Shown: piece by piece, positions 20,374 through 30,156 of the stretch
How positions within the stretch are numbered: the stretch's first letter is position 1
How the letters are laid out: the number at the start of each line of letters is the position of its first letter
Translations under genes and position numbers: made by a program
The notes under the pieces: generated by a model
What the model was told of the DNA's origin: nothing
The model's input: only the letters and a program-made list of their open reading frames with translations
The model's database searches: none
Virus record (IMG/VR): IMGVR_UViG_3300046804_003294
Span: 3,280 to 67,279 of that record
DNA from: a virus
Strand: one strand, 5' to 3'
Length of the DNA stretch: 64,000 nt

Positions 20374-23266
20374 TCTTTGGTTGACTGATCTTCAGTACGT
20401 TCACGCGCATCGGTGGTCCGTTGGTCTTGCGTAACAGGTCAAAGCGTTTGACGTATTCCACGCGGTAGCGAATCTCCAGTTCAGCCCTGAAGTCCAGATA
20501 CCCATAGCCCAGCGCTGCGCAGTGACCCTTCAACTGCTGCTCTTCAATGTAGAAGTCCACGTACCCCGGTGATACCTCGTGCTCCACCCGCCCCGCGACC
20601 TTGGTTCGCAGGGTGTTCTTCTCTACCAGCGTATCGTCGCCAAACCGTGCGCCGATGGGGTCAGCCGCCGAGAACACCACCAGATTGCCGTAGAAGGTCG
20701 TGGTGTAGTCAGCCAGCACATCTTCTGCCGTACGCACGGAGAGCTGCATCTGGCCACGCTGGTCAGTCACCATCTTCTTCAGTGACTTGATGATGCCCTC
20801 AACCGGCAGGTTGATGATGCCTGCGTAGTTGTCGCCCAGCAGGATGGCAGCGGTCACGTTGGCCGTGCAGCCTGCCAACCAGAAGCGCTCGTCGTCCACG
20901 ATGTCGAACTCTTTCTTCAGACGGGCGCTGACTTTAGCCAGCATATCAATGACAACCTCGCGGTTCTGCATGACCCACCGGACAAAAAGTGGACCCGCTA
21001 TTCCGTAATTCTCCTCGTACGTCTTGATCAGTGCCAGTTCGGCATCGTTCCAGCGCAGCTTGATGCGTGGGTTGTACTCCAGCATACGCCGCAGTTCGCC
21101 CTCAGATGAGTGCTTGCGAGCGCCGGTCATGTAGTCCAGCACGATGGTGTTGGAGGCCATCAAGCACTGGCCTTTCCAGAACGACGTGTTAATCCGTTCC
21201 TTGTTGGCACCGCCCTCCATCCTGTCCTTGCCGCCGCCCTCGCTGTAGCTGAAGACGAAGCTAGGGAACCACTCCAGCTTCTCCCGGTTCTTGGTCGTGA
21301 TTTCGTCCGAGATCAGCGGCTCGCTGTTTAAGAGGCCAGCACGCTGGAGCATGGCCACGTCAGAGGTCGATGCGTTGACCCGGTAGCGGTTAGGATGCCC
21401 CCAGATAGACGCCGCCATGCGCAGCGTGTACGACTTGCCGGTGCCGGACTCCCGATGGCCAAGGTGGAATGTCATGCCGTCAATGCCGGTGAACTCCATC
21501 AAGGCTGAACCGAACCCTGACATGGCGCAGGCCAGCAAGGGATGCAGCACGTCCACGCTGTTGTACGCCGAGGCAGATAGCAAGGCAAAGCGCTTTCTCC
21601 AACCGTCCAGCGTGCCGTCCCGGTCGGTGGCCTGATAGACGTTCTCCAGCCCCGGCATGGGTATTTTGCGCAGCTCTCCTGTGGGCGTGTAAATCGTGTT
21701 GTGGTGCACGAACGTGCCATCTTTCTGCCAGCCATAGTTCGCTGGCACCCCCACCGCCCCACGCTCCGCGCTGTAGTTCTCCACACACGCACGTACATAC
21801 GTGAAGAGATGCGCGTCATTCCCGGCACCGAACGCTGCGATGATGTTCTGCGCTGCCAGCGCCTTTGCCAGTTCATCCTTGCTGATAATAACCTTCTGCG
21901 GGAACAGGATGTCCACCGCACCTTCAGGACGCAGCGCGACCATGTGAACCGTATGATCGCCGCCCACCGGCTTTAAGATGTCCATGATGAACAAATCATA
22001 CGACAAGATCATCTTCATCTCTTTGGTCGTGTCCCCCGCTTCGGTCGGAATCTCGACTTCCCGGTAAATACCACCCTTACCACCGTACGCGAATCCCCGT
22101 GGAGGTGACGGCCTAACATACGTAATCTGCGCTGCCTCGGCAACGTCAACAGCGTTTTGATTAGCAGGCGTTGCCGTGAGTATCTTTTCCTCAGTCTCAA
22201 CTTTCACCTCGCGTCCAAGCGCCAAAGGGTTGGTGATTTTCCCAAAGTGTTTGCATCCTGCGCACACGCCGGGGTTCTCGCTGTCAAACTTTACGCAGGG
22301 GTAAGGTCCCTTAATTTCGCGCAGCTTTTGCGCCATCCTCTCTTTTGTGTACGGGTGTCGGTCTGTAAGAAAGTTTGCTGCCTTTACTCCGTCCTCGCAC
22401 TTGACGGCGATGGACAAGAGGCCGCGCCACAGAGGCTCCATGCCGTCTTCTTGCGCGTTGTCCAGATAGTATTTGAGTTGGCCGCAGCCTTCCCCTTTCG
22501 CAGTTTTTTGTAGGATTGATTTGAAAAACGTCGCTGAATTTTCAAACAGCTTCAGGGTCGTTGCGTTCTTGGGCAACGACGGTTTCTTTCCGGGCAGTGT
22601 GTCAAAGACCGGCACGGGGTCGGTCAGGTTTTCCTTGACCAGCGTGGCGAACTCGTTGAAGTCAAACGTCTCTGGCTTGGGTTCTTGCCAGACCACCACT
22701 GGCAGCGTGATGCCATACTTCCTGACGCGCTTCCAGTTGGTAGTACCCGGCACACGCAAGACCCGCGCTGCATCGGCAGGCACAGAGAAGTCAATACGCA
22801 ACCCTTCCTGCTTGCACAGGCGCTTGAAGTTCTCTGCTACCGGCTTCCACTGAGCGATGTCGATGTTGGCAGTGAGCGGCCAGTACACATGGTAGCCCCC
22901 GCCTGAATCAACAACGAGAGGCACGCCCAGCTTGTCTAGCCCGGTCTTGGTGAGAAAAGCATTGAAGGCAGCGATACCCAGCTCTTTATTAGCGTACGTC
23001 TTGGGTCCGTCTTCCGCGCAGTCTATGTCGAGAAAGAACGAACGCATGACTTTGGCGTTCTCCGCCGTGCGGTCACCTGAGTGCTTGTACGCTGCCAGTG
23101 CAAAGTACGCATCCTTCTGGTCGCGGTCGAACTGTGCAGCATTAGCCGCAAGCTCTTCTAGCGAACTGCCGAAGATGTGCTCTTTCTGGCGAGAGTCGAA
23201 TTCTGCGACGCAGTAATAATTTTCTGCGAACGGCAGTACTGCCGCCAGAAACTCTAGCGGTTCCAT
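20336..23266 (-). CDS. primase-helicase (AEP/RepB-like N-terminus, DUF927-like ATPase C-terminus)
   Basis: FLDID, SGGGYHVYW and RVLRVPGT primase motifs; Cys cluster; YGW; Walker A ESGTGKS; Walker B ISDE. Confidence 0.85.
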   Translation of the reverse strand: MEPLEFLAAVLPFAENYYCVAEFDSRQKEHIFGSSLEELAANAAQFDRDQKDAYFALAAYKHSGDRTAENAKVMRSFFLDIDCAEDGPKTYANKELGIAAFNAFLTKTGLDKLGVPLVVDSGGGYHVYWPLTANIDIAQWKPVAENFKRLCKQEGLRIDFSVPADAARVLRVPGTTNWKRVRKYGITLPVVVWQEPKPETFDFNEFATLVKENLTDPVPVFDTLPGKKPSLPKNATTLKLFENSATFFKSILQKTAKGEGCGQLKYYLDNAQEDGMEPLWRGLLSIAVKCEDGVKAANFLTDRHPYTKERMAQKLREIKGPYPCVKFDSENPGVCAGCKHFGKITNPLALGREVKVETEEKILTATPANQNAVDVAEAAQITYVRPSPPRGFAYGGKGGIYREVEIPTEAGDTTKEMKMILSYDLFIMDILKPVGGDHTVHMVALRPEGAVDILFPQKVIISKDELAKALAAQNIIAAFGAGNDAHLFTYVRACVENYSAERGAVGVPANYGWQKDGTFVHHNTIYTPTGELRKIPMPGLENVYQATDRDGTLDGWRKRFALLSASAYNSVDVLHPLLACAMSGFGSALMEFTGIDGMTFHLGHRESGTGKSYTLRMAASIWGHPNRYRVNASTSDVAMLQRAGLLNSEPLISDEITTKNREKLEWFPSFVFSYSEGGGKDRMEGGANKERINTSFWKGQCLMASNTIVLDYMTGARKHSSEGELRRMLEYNPRIKLRWNDAELALIKTYEENYGIAGPLFVRWVMQNREVVIDMLAKVSARLKKEFDIVDDERFWLAGCTANVTAAILLGDNYAGIINLPVEGIIKSLKKMVTDQRGQMQLSVRTAEDVLADYTTTFYGNLVVFSAADPIGARFGDDTLVEKNTLRTKVAGRVEHEVSPGYVDFYIEEQQLKGHCAALGYGYLDFRAELEIRYRVEYVKRFDLLRKTNGPPMRVNVLKISQPKNEFDALIKEADD

Positions 23267-23281
23267 GATTGCCCCCATAAG

Positions 23282-23440
23282 TTAGCGCCAGTCGCTGCGG
23301 GGTTCGGAATGTATAAGGCGTTCGAGACGCTTAAGTATTTCTTCCTGCCACTCCTTATCTAGTTTTCCTTCATCTAACAACATGTCGGCATACCTGATCA
23401 GTTCGCTATCTGTCAGGTTGGAAGGTTGAACGCTGAACAT
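23282..23440 (-). CDS. small hypothetical protein (52 aa, not in ORF track)
   Basis: MFSVQPSNLTDSELIRYADMLLDEG...DWR*, GGAG RBS, fills the gap in the operon. Confidence 0.65.
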   Translation of the reverse strand: MFSVQPSNLTDSELIRYADMLLDEGKLDKEWQEEILKRLERLIHSEPRSDWR

Positions 23441-23691
23441 ATTCTTCTCCGTGCCTCCTCCAGCGTGGGGGAGGTTTGTAGTATTTGTAAAAGGGACGAG
23501 ACAGCGCTGCGGTACGGCTGCAATATCTCACCGCCAGAGAACCAGTTATAGACCGTCTGGCGCGTGGCACCAGTGGCGTTTGCAATAAGCAGGACAGGCA
23601 CATCGAGATGCACGCAGTACCGCCCAAGCTGATTACCCAGCGTCTTGGGGGACTTCATTATCCTGTCAGTAACAGTGGGTGAATAAGGCAT
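23413..23691 (-). CDS. HTH (Cro/XRE-like) DNA-binding protein
   Basis: IANATGATRQTVYNWFSG helix-turn-helix. Confidence 0.75.
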   Translation of the reverse strand: MPYSPTVTDRIMKSPKTLGNQLGRYCVHLDVPVLLIANATGATRQTVYNWFSGGEILQPYRSAVSSLLQILQTSPTLEEARRRICSAFNLPT

Positions 23692-23713
23692 AGGTATGTT
23701 GTGTAGTTAAGGG

Positions 23714-23795
23714 TGCGGGGTCACTGGCCGAGGTGACAGCCTTGAAAGGGGTAGCCAGCCCCCGCTGCCGGTGTTATTAGCGCCACCTCCGGCTG
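23714..23795 (-). ncRNA. candidate structured intergenic RNA (two stem-loops)
   Basis: GCGGGG/CCCCGC plus CTGGC/GCCAG nested stems, and a GCCGG/CCGGC hairpin, in a 115-nt non-coding gap. Confidence 0.4.
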
Positions 23796-23807
23796 GGCTA
23801 CGAAGCG

Positions 23808-24722
23808 TTAATCGTCAGTGTCGTCCCACGCATCCACGATCTTCGACAGATCAGCGCCTGCTTTGGGTACGTTGGCAGAAGCGCTTGTCTCCTTGCGCAC
23901 TGCCGGTTCACTTGTCTCTTCCTCTTCCTCGACCTTGGGCTTGGTCTGCTTGGCAGGTTTAGCTGCCTTGGGTGCAGTGCCTGCCACTTCCGTCTGCGCA
24001 ATCGACTTGGTGTCGGTCTGAGCAACCGTCATCGTGACAGCGTTAATCGCCTCACGAGTCTGGCCTTTCTCCACCGCGACGGCGTACTCGTCATCGGTCA
24101 ACCAGCGCTTAGCTTCAAAGAACAGCTTGGGCACAGGTGCCTTGGTGTCGAACTTCAGACGTGTCACCACAGCGTCAGGGCCAGCGCCCATCGCTGCCAT
24201 GTAGCGAGCGTATGCCTGCAGAGGACGGTTCTTGCCTTCCTCTTTGCCGAAGATAGACTGCGCAGGAAGTGATAGCTGCATCACGTCACCACTCATATCG
24301 TTCTCCAGCACCACAGCGAGACGCTGGCTGTAGCGGCATGCGCGGCTGGTGCCGTCACCTGAACCCGCGATGTTCTGAGGGCAGGATGCGCATGTGCTTG
24401 ACTGTGGCTTCTCAGCCTGCGGAGAAGGGCGCTCACCATCAGGCGACCAGCAATCAGGGGCACTTGTCTTGCCCTCTTCATACTTGCCCATATAGAACGT
24501 GCGCGAAACCTTCGGTGCAGCGTGAACAATCACCACATCAAGAAAACGCTCGTCAATGGACGCGATCTCTTCACCGGCAGAGTACAGACGGAATACACCA
24601 CCCTTGATAGAGATACGCTTGCCACCGCCTTCACCGGCCAGTGCTTTGGTAACAGCGGAGACAGCGCCACGCTTGACGAACGATGGAAGAGTCTGAGGAT
24701 TGAATTCAACGATATTTGACAT
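23808..24722 (-). CDS. putative ssDNA-binding/annealing protein
   Basis: Replication-module position, Cys motif PDCWS...CASCPQN...RAC, flexible linker, acidic/aromatic tail WDDTDD. Confidence 0.6.
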   Translation of the reverse strand: MSNIVEFNPQTLPSFVKRGAVSAVTKALAGEGGGKRISIKGGVFRLYSAGEEIASIDERFLDVVIVHAAPKVSRTFYMGKYEEGKTSAPDCWSPDGERPSPQAEKPQSSTCASCPQNIAGSGDGTSRACRYSQRLAVVLENDMSGDVMQLSLPAQSIFGKEEGKNRPLQAYARYMAAMGAGPDAVVTRLKFDTKAPVPKLFFEAKRWLTDDEYAVAVEKGQTREAINAVTMTVAQTDTKSIAQTEVAGTAPKAAKPAKQTKPKVEEEEETSEPAVRKETSASANVPKAGADLSKIVDAWDDTDD

Positions 24723-24730
24723 AGGTTTAC

Positions 24731-25135
24731 TCACTTAGAAGGTTTACGAACACTAATCTGATACTGCGTATCAGCGTTAAGTCCCGGCGGTACTTTGTCG
24801 GGATTTTCTTCAAGGAACTGCGCCATGTTGCGCTGGGCAATACGGCGCTCCAGAAGATCAACGGCGTCGTTCTTGATGACGAACTCCTTGAACGACCCCC
24901 AATCTTGTGTGGTGTAGCGGGTTTTGGTGCCGAGCATTACGGTGCCAGCGTCGGTGCGCATGGACTTCGTGCCCATCGCCAGCATCTGATCTTTCATGGC
25001 GGCTTCAAGCTGGTTCTCCTGCTCGTCCAGCGTAGCCATCTCATCTTCGTACTTCTGGGTCAGCTCGCTTTTTGCATTGCGTATCTTCAAGTACGCCTTG
25101 GCGAGCTTATCCATAGGGATAATCTCTGTGTTCAT
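24731..25135 (-). CDS. conserved phage replication-module hypothetical protein
   Basis: Coiled coil plus DW.SF..FV...DLLERRI...PPGLN; strong AGGAG RBS. Confidence 0.7.
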   Translation of the reverse strand: MNTEIIPMDKLAKAYLKIRNAKSELTQKYEDEMATLDEQENQLEAAMKDQMLAMGTKSMRTDAGTVMLGTKTRYTTQDWGSFKEFVIKNDAVDLLERRIAQRNMAQFLEENPDKVPPGLNADTQYQISVRKPSK

Positions 25136-25160
25136 ACTTTCTCCTGTGGTTGGGTACTAC

Positions 25161-25198
25161 TGTCAAACATTTTACAACTGGCTTTTAGAACCTGCAAG
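25161..25198 (-). promoter_or_regulatory. putative sigma70 promoter overlapped by TGT-N10-ACA operator
   Basis: Minus strand TTGCAG-17-TAAAAT; TGTCAAACATTTTACA at 25161-25176. Confidence 0.45.
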
Positions 25199-26746
25199 CT
25201 CTTCTTCATACAGCTTGACCAGCAACGCATGGTCATCCACGCGGCTTGCCAATCTTTTAAACATTCTCTTTTCAAGTTCGCTACCTTCGATGTGCACGAT
25301 GGTCACCTTGTCAGAGGTCTGCCCCACGCGGTCAGTGCGTGCGCAGCACTGCAAGTAAGTCTCCACGCTCATCACAGGCCCCCAGAACACTACTGTGTCA
25401 GCGGCAGTCAGCGTGACTCCGTGCGATGCAGCCTGTGGCTGAATGATCAGTACACGAGGTGACTGAGTAGTCTGAAACTGTTTGAAGATCAACGTGCGTT
25501 TGGCCGGTGTAACGTCGCCGTGTATCTGTGCGCAGTCGATCTGATGCTTTTGTAGAAAGTCCGTGATGGTGTCGATGCTGTGTCGGTACGGCGCAAAGAC
25601 CAGCACCTTACGCGTTGTCTCTTCCAGCACCTCCAAGAGCACGTTCAAGCGCGGGGAGCAATCGAACTCCACCACCTCGGCATTGTCCGTGTAGGCCGCG
25701 CCTGCGCTGATCTGAAGCAGCTTGTTGACGCCAGCCGCAGCGTTGACTGCGGTAATTGTCTCGCCTGCTGCCTGCATCACCATGCGGTCTTTCAGCATCG
25801 CGTAGTACTTGTTCTGCTGGGCAGTTAGTGGCACCTCACGCGTGACCGTGATTACCGGGGGCAGGTCAAGACACTGTTCTTTTGTAAAGCGGATCGCTGG
25901 CTGCAGCGCCTCGTGCACATCGTCACTGGATGTGGGTTTGGGTAGCCACTTAAAACGTGAGGCCTGATACATCACCTTGTCGCGCCAGCCTGTGTAGAAC
26001 TTCGGCACACCTGTGGGATTGACCAGCTTGGCCAGACCGTACGCATCCAGCGGTGACTGCGCTGCCGGGGTGCCCGTCATCATCCAGAGATACGTTGTGG
26101 GTTTCAAGATCATCTGCAAGGACTTGAAGCGCTTGGTGCTGACGTTCTTGTAAGCGTTGGCTTCATCCACAATCACCAGATCAAACGTGCCGTCCTTGAC
26201 GATCTCATCAGCAATTAAGTTCAGCCCATCGTAGTTGGTGATGACGAACTCATAATCACCCTTGACCATCTCCAGCCTGCGCGCAGCCTGCGAGTGGTGC
26301 GCCACGATAGCGCTTCTGTGGATGATGCTGTTGTTCAAGTCCTGCATCCACGCCGAGGTCATGATGGACAGCGGACACAGTATGAGAACGCGCCGCACCT
26401 CGTTTATCTTCATGAGGTAGTCAGCCGCCCACAGCGCTGACATAGTTTTGCCAGTGCCGGGTTCAGAGAATACAAATGCTTTGCGATTGAGCGTTAGGAA
26501 CGACGCAGTTTCACGTTGGTGCGCAAAAGGCTGGAAGCGTCCCGGCCAATCATATTTGCCATCAATGGGCGAGACAACCTTCTTGACGCCCAGATTGCGT
26601 AAGACCCGCGCCTCGTCCAAGCCGAAGTGAACAGCAACTTCATAGATACCATCTTTTTCGCCTACGATTTTATGTTTAGGAATGATTGAAAACTTATCAG
26701 GATTACGTGTGCGTAAGAGAAATAACTTGTTGTCAATGATTTGCAT
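25172..26746 (-). CDS. SNF2-family helicase
   Basis: EPGTGKT, VDEA, MTGTP, HGVTLTAA, QCCARTDRVGQ (motifs I-VI). Confidence 0.9.
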   Translation of the reverse strand: MQIIDNKLFLLRTRNPDKFSIIPKHKIVGEKDGIYEVAVHFGLDEARVLRNLGVKKVVSPIDGKYDWPGRFQPFAHQRETASFLTLNRKAFVFSEPGTGKTMSALWAADYLMKINEVRRVLILCPLSIMTSAWMQDLNNSIIHRSAIVAHHSQAARRLEMVKGDYEFVITNYDGLNLIADEIVKDGTFDLVIVDEANAYKNVSTKRFKSLQMILKPTTYLWMMTGTPAAQSPLDAYGLAKLVNPTGVPKFYTGWRDKVMYQASRFKWLPKPTSSDDVHEALQPAIRFTKEQCLDLPPVITVTREVPLTAQQNKYYAMLKDRMVMQAAGETITAVNAAAGVNKLLQISAGAAYTDNAEVVEFDCSPRLNVLLEVLEETTRKVLVFAPYRHSIDTITDFLQKHQIDCAQIHGDVTPAKRTLIFKQFQTTQSPRVLIIQPQAASHGVTLTAADTVVFWGPVMSVETYLQCCARTDRVGQTSDKVTIVHIEGSELEKRMFKRLASRVDDHALLVKLYEEELAGSKSQL

Positions 26747-26979
26747 TATTTATTGTCTCCCTGATTAGCGCTCTTTGCGCGCAGCCGCAGGTTGCCTTTG
26801 GTTGACTTGCCGCCTTTGCGCAATGGTTTGATGTGGTCGATGTCTTTCCCGCTACGGTCAACACCCAGTTTGTCGTACATGCGACGCGCTCTCTGGCGCT
26901 CATGCTGGGCACTGCCGGGACCGGACTTGCCGGTCTGTAAGTCACGCTTGTATTCCTTCTTGTAGTCTCTGGTTGCCAT
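26746..26979 (-). CDS. small HNH-motif protein
   Basis: DIDHIKPLRKGG...NLR...N. Confidence 0.7.
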   Translation of the reverse strand: MATRDYKKEYKRDLQTGKSGPGSAQHERQRARRMYDKLGVDRSGKDIDHIKPLRKGGKSTKGNLRLRAKSANQGDNK

Positions 26980-26988
26980 GCTGGCCTC

Positions 26989-27660
26989 CTAATGCTTTGG
27001 ATTATGCTCACACGTTGTAACCGGGCACCAGCCACATAACGGCGTTGGGTTGGGGTTCCACACATCGTTGCTGTGACACGCCGACAATCTAGCTACGCGT
27101 TCCCGGTATCTCCACCACGCAGCTTCTTCCTCATCAATGGTCATTTCATGCTTGACCATCGTATTCTTGACCACAAACAGCAGCGCTGACTTCACGCGCT
27201 TGATGTGTGGGAAATGCTTGAACACCATCAGCGACATCAACACAAGCTGGTCACGGTCTGGATACTTGTCGTTGCCTGTCTTGTAGTCCACGACATACGC
27301 TGTGAAGTTATCGTCGTTAACGATAACCAAGTCAGCGATGCCTCGCACCCACACGTTCTCACTCTTGAAGCCGCAAGGGTTTAACTCTTCCGTCAACCCC
27401 ATCTCGTACTCAACAAACTTTCTCCCCGGCTTGGCAAGCAGCGAGTCCAGCACAGGCTTTACGTATTCGAACTGCGGCGGCATCTCCACGTTGTCGCGCA
27501 CGTACTTCTCTGCTGCTTCGTGCAACTGCGTGCCATACCGGATTTGTTCTGTGTCAGGGAACGGATACTTCTTCAACACCTTGACTTCGTAATAGCGTCT
27601 TGCACAACCTTCAAAATCTTTAAGCGCACTGTGCGACCACTTAACTTTTTCCATTTTCAC
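26989..27660 (-). CDS. PD-(D/E)XK exonuclease (RecB/Cas4-like fold)
   Basis: WSHS..K.FE.C, G...H, RGIADL, VVDYKTG, C-terminal C.WCP...C. Confidence 0.85.
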   Translation of the reverse strand: MKMEKVKWSHSALKDFEGCARRYYEVKVLKKYPFPDTEQIRYGTQLHEAAEKYVRDNVEMPPQFEYVKPVLDSLLAKPGRKFVEYEMGLTEELNPCGFKSENVWVRGIADLVIVNDDNFTAYVVDYKTGNDKYPDRDQLVLMSLMVFKHFPHIKRVKSALLFVVKNTMVKHEMTIDEEEAAWWRYRERVARLSACHSNDVWNPNPTPLCGWCPVTTCEHNPKH

Positions 27661-29624
27661 TTGGCTTCTCCATAGCGTACAGCAGCATCAATATCTGCTT
27701 TCAACGGTATCCCCGGCATGTAATCCGGGTCAGCGACCATCTGGTCGTACACCCACGGCATATCGTCTGAAACCGAAGTTTCAGGACACAGCACTACCAC
27801 CTCATCATGTACCGTCAGGACACACTGCAGACGCTCTTGTATGCGCAGCATACCGTCTGTCATTACGCAACGAGCCACTGCCTGAACGATGTTTTCAGTC
27901 AGCTTCCCGCCGTACAGCTTGATCTTGTCTTCGCCATAGACCCACTGTTTGCGGCCTTGCTCGTCAAGCTCAAACTGCAGATCAGGATAGCGCAGAGACA
28001 GGCCGCTTGGCAAGACCACCTCGCCCTTCCTGAAGATCAAACACTTGTGCCTGTACTCTTTGCCAAGATATAAACTATGCTCAATCAAGTTCTGGCACAT
28101 GTCCCAAAACATCTTAACCGGTTGCGCTGCGTCTCGATAACGATCAATAATCTCTTTGGCAACTACGCAGTGCACCAGCAACTCCTCTTCCGTGCAGGTG
28201 TGGGGTATCTCTGCCATCTTCTTCAAGTTCACATCCCACTCAACGAAGCGGTGTACTTTCTCCGCTGTGATACCCAGTGTGCGAGCGTCTTGCTTGGTGT
28301 AGCGCAAGGGCTTAGCGCCAAGGAACCCCGTCAGAAGCTGCGCTGCGAACGACGCCCAACCTAGCCCATAGCCTGCGCCAAGAAGCGCGGACTTGGCAGA
28401 CTGCCGCTCAACCGGATGGGAGTCCTTAGTCATGCCGGGGATGTTGAACATGCGCGCGCCGAAGAGCGAGTACGGGTCGTCACCTGATTGGAAGATCAGC
28501 ATCATGTCTTGGTAGTCAGCCAGATACGCAAGCACCCGCGGCTCGATCTGCGAGAGGTCACTGACGATCAGCTTGTATCCAGCAGGCGCAAGGATGGACT
28601 TGCGCAAGAACGACTCACGCTTCATGTTCTGCATGTTGATGCCACTGCCCCGGCTGGCAGACCAGCGCCCAGTATGCGCGCCGTAATAGTTCAGCGGGAC
28701 GGGGAGTGTTCCTCTTCTGGCGATATCAAGAAATCGCTGCGCTCGCGTACGCTCCAGTGTTGACTTGACTCGCAGTCGTGCCTCACACAAGAGTCGAATG
28801 TCTTCTCGCTCACTACTAAGTAAGGCTTGGAAGTGCGCGTCTTTTTTAGATAGTGCAAGCGTCTTTTTATTCGTTGTTTTGCTAACTTTGTATGGTACGT
28901 TGCATCCCAGAGACTCCAATAAACTTGCGAATTGAGGATTACTCGCAAGCGTTTTATCTTCCACTCCAAGGCGTGCAAGAAGCGCTTCACGTTGATCACG
29001 CTCTTCATTGACTGCCTCCTCTAACATCACAGGGTCTAACAACAACTTAGGCTCAGTGAACATCCTGAGCGTTAAGTCAATGAGCTGTAGCTCTTTGCGT
29101 GGGTAGCCTTTAACTAGCCTCCTAAACACTTCCACGCAGAGAAACACATCGTGCTTGCAGTACTCAGCAAGCTCTTCTTCTACTTCTTCGGTAAGGTGGG
29201 AAAGTCCATCTGTGGAGTGTACGGCTCGTCCCTTCGGGGGAAGGCCATAGCTCTCAGCCAGTACAGCAAGGCTATTACCAGATTCAACCCCACGTAAAGC
29301 GCGAGCCATAGAAAGGCTATCAAATATGAAAGCAGGACGTACACCGTAGTGCCATGAAAGTATCGCCACATCGAACTGAGCGTTATGAGCAAGAATGGCA
29401 GTCCGACCCCAATCAATAGTTCCCAGAAAAGTGGGGATGTCTTCGTGAGACACCCACGTAGTTGTTTCATAATCAGTTCCTAACCAGTAATAACAAAGCC
29501 CAAACGCCTTGAAGCGCTCGTCACGGATGTATTCTTCCGTGGTCAGCTTCGATAGCGTGTACTCCTTGCTTGACCAACGTGTCTCGAAGTCAATGCAGAT
29601 GATGTTGTCGTACGGCTTCTTCAA
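27657..29624 (-). CDS. family A DNA polymerase with 3'-5' exonuclease
   Basis: DFET, AHNAQFD, YCKHD (exo I-III); DLSQIE, RQSAKSALLGAGYG, VHDE (pol A-C). Confidence 0.93.
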   Translation of the reverse strand: MKKPYDNIICIDFETRWSSKEYTLSKLTTEEYIRDERFKAFGLCYYWLGTDYETTTWVSHEDIPTFLGTIDWGRTAILAHNAQFDVAILSWHYGVRPAFIFDSLSMARALRGVESGNSLAVLAESYGLPPKGRAVHSTDGLSHLTEEVEEELAEYCKHDVFLCVEVFRRLVKGYPRKELQLIDLTLRMFTEPKLLLDPVMLEEAVNEERDQREALLARLGVEDKTLASNPQFASLLESLGCNVPYKVSKTTNKKTLALSKKDAHFQALLSSEREDIRLLCEARLRVKSTLERTRAQRFLDIARRGTLPVPLNYYGAHTGRWSASRGSGINMQNMKRESFLRKSILAPAGYKLIVSDLSQIEPRVLAYLADYQDMMLIFQSGDDPYSLFGARMFNIPGMTKDSHPVERQSAKSALLGAGYGLGWASFAAQLLTGFLGAKPLRYTKQDARTLGITAEKVHRFVEWDVNLKKMAEIPHTCTEEELLVHCVVAKEIIDRYRDAAQPVKMFWDMCQNLIEHSLYLGKEYRHKCLIFRKGEVVLPSGLSLRYPDLQFELDEQGRKQWVYGEDKIKLYGGKLTENIVQAVARCVMTDGMLRIQERLQCVLTVHDEVVVLCPETSVSDDMPWVYDQMVADPDYMPGIPLKADIDAAVRYGEAK

Positions 29625-29887
29625 TTCAGCACCCGCTTGGGACCGCCTTCGGACTCAACGATCATCTCGTAAGCGCTGGTCAGCATCATGGACAGTATCG
29701 TCATGTTGGCGTTGAAGGTGTACGTCTGCATCCTGCCATCCGCGTCATCCATCACAAGAAAGACAGCGTGCTTGCTCTTTGTAGTCTCAAGCAACGCTTT
29801 GCGAAAAGCGTTCACGGCTTCTTCAATGAAGCGCTCTTTGTCGTGCCCTGTGCTTTCCGTAATAACTTTTTGTAGTTCTTCGTTCAT
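29621..29887 (-). CDS. hypothetical protein
   Basis: ATGA-coupled on both sides. Confidence 0.65.
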   Translation of the reverse strand: MNEELQKVITESTGHDKERFIEEAVNAFRKALLETTKSKHAVFLVMDDADGRMQTYTFNANMTILSMMLTSAYEMIVESEGGPKRVLN

Positions 29888-30156
29888 AAGGCGTCCAGTT
29901 CATATAGGTTGTCTTCGTTGATTACATAGGTCATACCACCGGACTCACGAATCTTCTGCATCTCCGCTTCCTGCAACGGCGTGGGTTTGTTCTTGCCTGC
30001 CTTGCACTCGATGCCGACGAACGTGCCTCTGTAACAACAGATTATGTCCGGTACTCCTGATCTGCCGTAGCCTCCTGTCTGCGGCGTAAAGTAATAAATC
30101 TTTTTCTCTTTGAGTATCTTGTATACCTTTGCTTTAACTTTGGCTTCCGGGGTCAT
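29884..30156 (-). CDS. VRR-NUC nuclease (putative resolvase)
   Basis: TPEAKVK, GVPDII, GIECKAGKNKPTPLQ. Confidence 0.85.
   Translation of the reverse strand: MTPEAKVKAKVYKILKEKKIYYFTPQTGGYGRSGVPDIICCYRGTFVGIECKAGKNKPTPLQEAEMQKIRESGGMTYVINEDNLYELDAL

Noticed and set aside
26989-27660. Cas4 / CRISPR adaptation gene
   Set aside because: It sits in the replication module next to PolA, the usual context for a phage PD-(D/E)XK exonuclease.
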